NCBI GenBank assembly: GCA_046759445.1
Contig: JBHICG010000083.1
Coordinates: forward strand, 1 to 13,127
Source: Candidatus Scalinduaceae bacterium
GTDB lineage: Bacteria > Planctomycetota > Brocadiia > Brocadiales > Scalinduaceae
Direction of reading: 5' to 3'
Length of the DNA stretch: 13,127 nucleotides
Part shown: positions 8,341-13,127 of the stretch, piece after piece
Layout: each line of letters starts with the position of its first letter
Numbering within the stretch: the stretch's first letter is position 1
Position numbers and translations under genes: made by a program
Notes under the pieces: model-generated
Database searches by the model: none
What the model was told of the DNA's origin: nothing
What the model saw: the letters and a program-made list of their open reading frames with translations, nothing else

Positions 8341-8369
8341 ATAATAATTATATTAATTTAAATTGTCAA
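8341..8369 (-). promoter_or_regulatory. sigma70 promoter for the exonuclease-coaE-rho operon
   Basis: Minus strand TTGACA (8369-8364), 17 nt, TATTAT (8346-8341). Implies a leader of about 270 nt. Confidence 0.55.
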
Positions 8370-8496
8370 GTGTTTTTTTGGGATTTGTTTTTTACAAATT
8401 ATCTTACTAATTCTTATAATCGAAATATATCTCAGAACAAAATTGATTTTGAAAACCATGTAAGGGTATGATATATAGAAAGAAGCACTTGATGTA

Positions 8497-8673
8497 AGAC
8501 AAGGTTCCGCCTTACGTCGTGTGAAGTTTTTTCCTTATTACCCTTTTTTAAGGGGGGCACCCATTGATAAACTAACTTCGTTCAAAATTAGACTATCAAA
8601 TTATGGTTCCCATGTGAACGTTATAGGTTAAGAAAATAGTTGCTTCAACACGAACGCAGCAGAACCCATGTCT
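8497..8673 (-). ncRNA. ssrS: 6S RNA
   Basis: About 177-nt rod. Closing stem GGUUCUGC..CGUUCGUGUUGAAG / CUUCACACGACG..GCGGAACC, central bubble, apical stem UUGAUA..CUAAUUUUG/CGAAGUUAG..UAUCAA, and 6S-like segments GUUCGUG, AUGGGAACC and GGGUGCCC. Several stem positions are G-U wobbles on the minus strand but would be C-A mismatches on plus, which fixes the orientation. Not confirmed by a covariance model. Confidence 0.8.
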
Positions 8674-8679
8674 GATTTA

Positions 8680-8708
8680 CATATATCAAATATGATTATT
8701 TATTTCAA
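8680..8708 (-). promoter_or_regulatory. Putative promoter of the 6S RNA
   Basis: Minus strand TTGAAA (8708-8703), 17 nt, TATATG (8685-8680) with a TGn extension. Predicted TSS about 8673, matching the 5' end of the rod. Confidence 0.4.
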
Positions 8709-8762
8709 GTAAAATTTATACTATTTGAATCACATTATGTGAGCTATACAGACGGGATTCTC

Positions 8763-8791
8763 TTGACAGACTTCTTATGCGTAAGTACCAT
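8763..8791 (+). promoter_or_regulatory. sigma70 promoter for the GH-like/bioB/pfkB cluster
   Basis: TTGACA (8763-8768), 17 nt, TACCAT (8786-8791). Confidence 0.6.
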
Positions 8792-8868
8792 TAAAACTAG
8801 TAAATGTTTTTTAGATTCAAGTTCTTATTAATCAATTTTGTAGAGGAATATAAAGTGGAGCTTATTAA

Positions 8869-9909
8869 ATGAAACTTGGAACTAGTTATTTTGGCAACAG
8901 AACACTAAGACATGTTAGAGAAGACATGGAGAAAATGTTAAATGATGGATGTAATTTTGTTATTCATACAATGAGTGAACACGATATCGCCTATCATTCT
9001 CAAACCATGGTTGATATAGTCAAGGTAAGCAAAGAGGTAGGATTAGAGGTTTTTCTTGATCCATGGGGGGTTGGTAGGGTTTTCGGTGGAGAATCATTTT
9101 CTACATTTGTAAAACTATTACCGGAGTCCAGACAAAGATTGAGCTTTGCTGAAGGTGAAATTAAAGTAAATAAAGCGTGCTTAAATACAAAAGCTTTTAG
9201 AGACGAAATGTTGCAATGGATAGAACATGCTGCTTCTACAGGGGCGGAGGGTGTCTTCTGGGATGAACCTCATCTCTTTTACGGTGAATTTAAGGATCTA
9301 TTTGGCAAAACAAGAGTAATATGGGGATGTACGTGTACTACATGTAAAGACATTTTTAAAGATTACTACGGATATGAAATGCCTTTAGACCTTACAGAAG
9401 ATATCAAAGAGTTTAGACAAAATACTATCTTAAAATTTATAGAATATTTATCAGATATTTCATCAAAAAAGGGTTTGCAAAATGCTGTTTGCGTATTTCC
9501 TATAAAAGATCCTAAATACGGAATTTATCAATGGGAAGAGTTAGTTAAAATGAAAAATATAGATATATTTGGGAGTGATCCGTACTGGTTTTCTTATAAT
9601 AAATGTGTTAGAGATTTTGTAGGAAGTGTTTCCAGAGAAGTGGTACAACTTTGCGGGAAATACAATAAGGAACCTCAAATCTGGATACAGGGATTTAAAG
9701 TTCCCAAAGGGAGAGAAAGGGAAGTATCAACTGCTATCGAAGTGGCTACTGAATTAAGCATAGAGAATATTGCCACATGGTGTTTTGAAGCGGGAGCTTG
9801 CATGTCATATATCAGTTCGGACCGTCCAGAAATAGTATGGGACATAATTAGTAGAAAATATAAAGAATTAAATAACACGGTAAAGTCTCAATCAAAAAGG
9901 ATGGCATAA
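8869..9909 (+). CDS. Uncharacterised glycoside hydrolase-like TIM-barrel protein (GH42 N-terminal-like, Zn-binding)
   Basis: Alternating beta/alpha pattern; EDMEKM..GCNFV, GLEVFL, GVFWDEPH, C104 plus C154xC156xxC159, GSDPYW. GGAG RBS, no signal peptide. Family assigned by motif resemblance only. Confidence 0.6.
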   Translation: MKLGTSYFGNRTLRHVREDMEKMLNDGCNFVIHTMSEHDIAYHSQTMVDIVKVSKEVGLEVFLDPWGVGRVFGGESFSTFVKLLPESRQRLSFAEGEIKVNKACLNTKAFRDEMLQWIEHAASTGAEGVFWDEPHLFYGEFKDLFGKTRVIWGCTCTTCKDIFKDYYGYEMPLDLTEDIKEFRQNTILKFIEYLSDISSKKGLQNAVCVFPIKDPKYGIYQWEELVKMKNIDIFGSDPYWFSYNKCVRDFVGSVSREVVQLCGKYNKEPQIWIQGFKVPKGREREVSTAIEVATELSIENIATWCFEAGACMSYISSDRPEIVWDIISRKYKELNNTVKSQSKRMA

Positions 9910-9923
9910 TCTGTAATTTAGAC

Positions 9924-10922
9924 ATGAACACAAAGATAGAAAATATTGCAAACAGGTCGATTCAAGGAGAGAAAATTTCCTATGATGATGCATATTATTT
10001 AATGTGTATAAGTGGAAATGAAATTTACGACCTGTTTTACTGGGCAAATAGTATTCGTTATAAATCTTTTAAAAATGTTATCCGCTCGTGCTCAATAATA
10101 AGTGTGAAACAGGGACGCTGTTCCGAAGATTGCAAATTCTGCTCTCAATCTGTTCGTTATAAAACAAGCATATCTAGTTTCCCATTGATAGAAAAGGAAG
10201 AAATTGCCAAATTCGTAGAGAGAGGTAATGATTCTAAAACAGATTGTATCGGGATTGTTACAAGCGGTTATAGTTTAGAGATTGATAAGGATTATGACAG
10301 GATTTGTGAATACATTTGTGAATTATCAAAAGAAGGAAGGATTCCCATTCATACCTCAATTGGCACTATTACGTATGAGATGGCGAAGAAACTGGCGGAT
10401 AATGGAGTCGAAATGATTAATCACAATCTTGAGACATCAGAGAGATATTTTCCAAATATTTGCACAACACATTCTTATAGTGAGAGGGCAGATACAATTA
10501 GAAATGCAAAAGACGCAGGGATGAAAGTATGCAGCGGGGGCATATTTGGCGTTGGTGAGAGTGTTGAGGATAGATTGGATTTGGCTTTTGAACTTAGAGC
10601 CCTTGATGTCGATGCAATTCCATTAAATTTTCTCAGTCCCATAAATGGAACTCCTTTGTGTTTTGAAAAGCCTGTAGAGCCGATGGAGATACTGAAAATC
10701 ATAGCTGTTTTTCGGTTCATATTTCCAGATAAAGAAATAAAAGTTGCAGGAGGGAGAGAGGCAAATTTGCGTGATTTGCAAAGCTGGATGTTCTATGCAG
10801 GAGCCAACAGTACAATGATAGGAAATTATCTTACTACCAAGGGTAAATCACCTGAAGAAGATTTACAAATGATAAAAGATCTAAATTTGGTACATGAAAA
10901 CGGTAATGTTAAGAGGTGTTAA
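9924..10922 (+). CDS. bioB: Biotin synthase (radical SAM), atypical auxiliary-cluster ligands
   Basis: CSEDCKFCSQS radical SAM motif, NHNLET, ICTTH, VCSGGIFG.GE, IPLNFL.PI.GTP, AGGRE, GAN...GNYLTT.G. Confidence 0.9.
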   Translation: MNTKIENIANRSIQGEKISYDDAYYLMCISGNEIYDLFYWANSIRYKSFKNVIRSCSIISVKQGRCSEDCKFCSQSVRYKTSISSFPLIEKEEIAKFVERGNDSKTDCIGIVTSGYSLEIDKDYDRICEYICELSKEGRIPIHTSIGTITYEMAKKLADNGVEMINHNLETSERYFPNICTTHSYSERADTIRNAKDAGMKVCSGGIFGVGESVEDRLDLAFELRALDVDAIPLNFLSPINGTPLCFEKPVEPMEILKIIAVFRFIFPDKEIKVAGGREANLRDLQSWMFYAGANSTMIGNYLTTKGKSPEEDLQMIKDLNLVHENGNVKRC

Positions 10923-10934
10923 ACGAGGATAATC

Positions 10935-11840
10935 TTGAAATCTGATGTAGTTGGATTAGGACAATGTTGTGTAGATTACCTTGGTATAGTGGAACATTAT
11001 CCTGGAGTTGATGAGAAAAGAGAGGTGAATAATCTTACTATACAGGGTGGGGGGCCTGTGGCGACTGCAATGGTTACCCTATCAAGGTTAGGCGTTTCAA
11101 CATCATTTATTGGGAAAATCTCTGATGACTATTTTGGAAATCTTATCAAAGAAAGCTTAATTGATGAGAATGTTAATATTGATTACATTGTTGTAGAAAA
11201 AGGTAAAAAGTCGCAACTGTCATTTATTGCAATTGAAAAAGAAACTGGCAAGAGAACTATCTTCTGGTCAAGGGCAACTGTCACACCACTTAAGCCAAAC
11301 GAAATAAATAAGGACCTGATCAGGAATGCCAGGATACTTCACCTGGACGAACTTATGATAGAAAGCTCCCTGGAAGCAGCCAGATGTGCTAAGGAAGTTG
11401 GTGTTATAGTCGTAGTTGATGCTGGTAGTTTAAGGGAAGGTTCGTTAGGGCTTGTAAAGATGGCTGACTATTTTATAACGTCCGAGGATTTTGCTAAACA
11501 ATATTATAAAAGTCATGAGCCAAAAAAAGTAGCGAGGGAAATGTTAAAGATAGGGGCCAAGGTTGTCATAGTTACACTTGGCGGCAGGGGGAGTGTAACA
11601 GTATCTAAAGAAGATTGTTTTTATCAACCAGCCTTTAAGATTAAGGCCGTTGATACAACAGGTTGTGGCGATGTCTTTCATGGAGCGTTTATATACGGTT
11701 TATTGCAGAATTGGGATTTAAAGACATCAGTAAGATTTGCCTCTGCTACTGCAGCGCTTAAGTGTAGAAGCATAGGCGGAAGAGCGGCAATACCAAACCT
11801 TAAAGAGGTTAAAGATTTCTTGAAAAGCAAATCCCCCTGA
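10935..11840 (+). CDS. PfkB/ribokinase-family carbohydrate kinase
   Basis: GGGPVATAMVTLSRLG and VDTTGCGDVFHGAF PfkB signatures. TTG start with GAGGA RBS. Substrate not determinable. Confidence 0.92.
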   Translation: MKSDVVGLGQCCVDYLGIVEHYPGVDEKREVNNLTIQGGGPVATAMVTLSRLGVSTSFIGKISDDYFGNLIKESLIDENVNIDYIVVEKGKKSQLSFIAIEKETGKRTIFWSRATVTPLKPNEINKDLIRNARILHLDELMIESSLEAARCAKEVGVIVVVDAGSLREGSLGLVKMADYFITSEDFAKQYYKSHEPKKVAREMLKIGAKVVIVTLGGRGSVTVSKEDCFYQPAFKIKAVDTTGCGDVFHGAFIYGLLQNWDLKTSVRFASATAALKCRSIGGRAAIPNLKEVKDFLKSKSP

Positions 11841-11906
11841 ATCCCCCTTTACGTGCGATTCAGAGAATCGCCTAAGCAATTCGCAGAATTGCCATAAAGG
11901 ACACTT
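11829..11906. repeat. Small palindromic element: AATCCCCCT direct repeat plus two tandem 17-bp palindromes
   Basis: AATCCCCCT at 11830 and 11840. GCGATTC-AGA-GAATCGC (11855-11871) and GCAATTC-GCA-GAATTGC (11876-11892), enclosed by CCTTTA (11846-11851) / TAAAGG (11895-11900). Confidence 0.6.
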
Positions 11907-11927
11907 CTTTTTGTGACTTGGTGTCTG

Positions 11928-11956
11928 TTGATATGTCAGATAACATAAAATAGTAT
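11928..11956 (+). promoter_or_regulatory. Possible promoter for the M48 peptidase gene
   Basis: TTGATA (11928-11933), 17 nt, TAGTAT (11951-11956). Confidence 0.35.
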
Positions 11957-12041
11957 CTAATAACATAGCGGCCAACTTCGTTACCTGAAGTTTCTTTTGT
12001 CATTCAAGATCTGGAATCTAATAACGTAGGTGGCTAAAAAT

Positions 12042-13127
12042 ATGTTAAATAACGTGAAAGAAAAATCTGACAAATTATCAAAAAAATATTCCAAACAAAA
12101 ATATATATTGGCAGTTATAGGTTTAGCCGTTGCACTTATATATTTAGTGTTTATGGCAATGTTTGGTTCAAATATCTTAAAAGACAGTATCTTATTAATA
12201 ACAACAAATCAGTACCCTCTCATAGCACTTTATCTTATCGTCTTTATTATTATTCTAGATTTGATAACCATTCCCTTAAGCTTTTATGGAGGTTTTATTC
12301 TTGAACACACCTATAAACTGTCTAACCAGACACTACCGGGATGGGTTAAGGATGAAATAAAGAAGTTCTTTCTTTCGCTTGCATTACTTATTTTCTTAGT
12401 AGAAATAATATATATATTCCTTAGAAACTTTCCAAACTCATGGTGGATATTTACTACTATCTTCTGGATATTCTTTTCAATAATTATGGCAAAACTTGCT
12501 CCTGTCCTTATATTTCCTCTATTTTACAAAACTGTACCCATAGATAATGAAGATGTAAAAGAAGGTCTTTTATCACTTACAGAAGGTACAGGTATTAATA
12601 TTCAAGGCGTCTATAAAATTAATCTGAGCAAAAATACAAAGAAAGCCAATGCAGCTCTTGCTGGTTTGGGCAATACAAGGAGAGTGCTACTAAGTGATAC
12701 ATTATTAGATTCATATTCATTGTCTGAGATTAAATCCGTGTTTGCACACGAATTAGGTCACCATGTTTATCATCACATGCTTAAAATGTTGGTTGTTAGT
12801 AGCATATCAGGTTTTATCGGATTTGCTTTATGTCATTATGTATTAACAAAAATGATAACTATTCTGGGATATCAGTATATTCACGACATTGCTGCATTTC
12901 CAGTGTTGTGTTTGGTATTGGGTATTTTTGGATTTATTCTTCTGCCAATTCAAAATGCTTATAGTAGAAAGAAGGAAAGGGAATGTGACAGATATGCTAT
13001 TAGAAAGACGAATAACCCTGGAGCGTTTATCTCTACAATGAATAAACTGGCAGAACAAAATCTTGCAGACAGAAATCCCAATAGACTTGTTGAGATACTC
13101 TTTTACGATCATCCACCCATATCCAAA
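12042..13127 (+). CDS. M48 family (Ste24-type) integral-membrane zinc metalloprotease, 3' end outside window
   Basis: Manual translation from ATG at 12042 (AGGTGG RBS): MLNNVKEKSDKLSKKYSKQK, then several hydrophobic helices, LEHTYKLSNQT, P.LIFPLFYK, SKNTKKANAALAGLGNTRRVLLSDTLL, AHELGH (HExxH at 12747-12761), SRKKERECDRYA, YDHPP. Open to the window end. Confidence 0.93.
   Translation, partial: MLNNVKEKSDKLSKKYSKQKYILAVIGLAVALIYLVFMAMFGSNILKDSILLITTNQYPLIALYLIVFIIILDLITIPLSFYGGFILEHTYKLSNQTLPGWVKDEIKKFFLSLALLIFLVEIIYIFLRNFPNSWWIFTTIFWIFFSIIMAKLAPVLIFPLFYKTVPIDNEDVKEGLLSLTEGTGINIQGVYKINLSKNTKKANAALAGLGNTRRVLLSDTLLDSYSLSEIKSVFAHELGHHVYHHMLKMLVVSSISGFIGFALCHYVLTKMITILGYQYIHDIAAFPVLCLVLGIFGFILLPIQNAYSRKKERECDRYAIRKTNNPGAFISTMNKLAEQNLADRNPNRLVEILFYDHPPISK

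Noticed and set aside
8497..8673. 6S RNA on the plus strand
   Set aside because: Stem positions that are G-U wobbles on minus become C-A mismatches on plus, and the 6S-like motifs read correctly only on minus.
8709..8868. BirA operator upstream of the bioB-containing cluster
   Set aside because: No TGTAAACC-N14/16-GGTTTACA-like inverted repeat was found.
11855..11892. Mini CRISPR array
   Set aside because: Only two 17-bp units separated by 4 nt, with no spacer-length unique sequence and no cas genes.
9675..13112. Minus-strand ORFs 9675-9878, 10475-10720, 11727-11975, 12843-13112
   Set aside because: They overlap well-supported + strand genes or the palindromic element and show no recognisable protein features.

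Overview
AT-rich bacterial chromosomal window made mostly of housekeeping genes. The 5'-nuclease/polA-coaE-rho order suggests Planctomycetota, possibly an anammox lineage (inference only). Left to right: partial holB and a stand-alone lipoyl-domain protein (-); back-to-back sigma70 promoters; a ~550-nt, apparently highly structured leader with an internal terminator hairpin; rny (RNase Y, probably starting at a non-canonical ATT codon) and mnmG (+); then, on the minus strand and converging on mnmG, rho, coaE and a stand-alone PolA-type 5'-3' exonuclease. A 6S RNA (-) lies in the second long intergenic region. It is followed by a + strand cluster: Zn-binding GH42-like TIM barrel, biotin synthase with atypical auxiliary-cluster ligands, PfkB kinase, a small double-palindrome element and a partial Ste24/M48 protease. 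Best leads: the rny leader RNA/attenuator plus AUU start, the variant BioB, a PolA with no polymerase domain, and a GH42-like protein apparently lacking the nucleophile. No CRISPR, tRNA, rRNA or transposase was seen.
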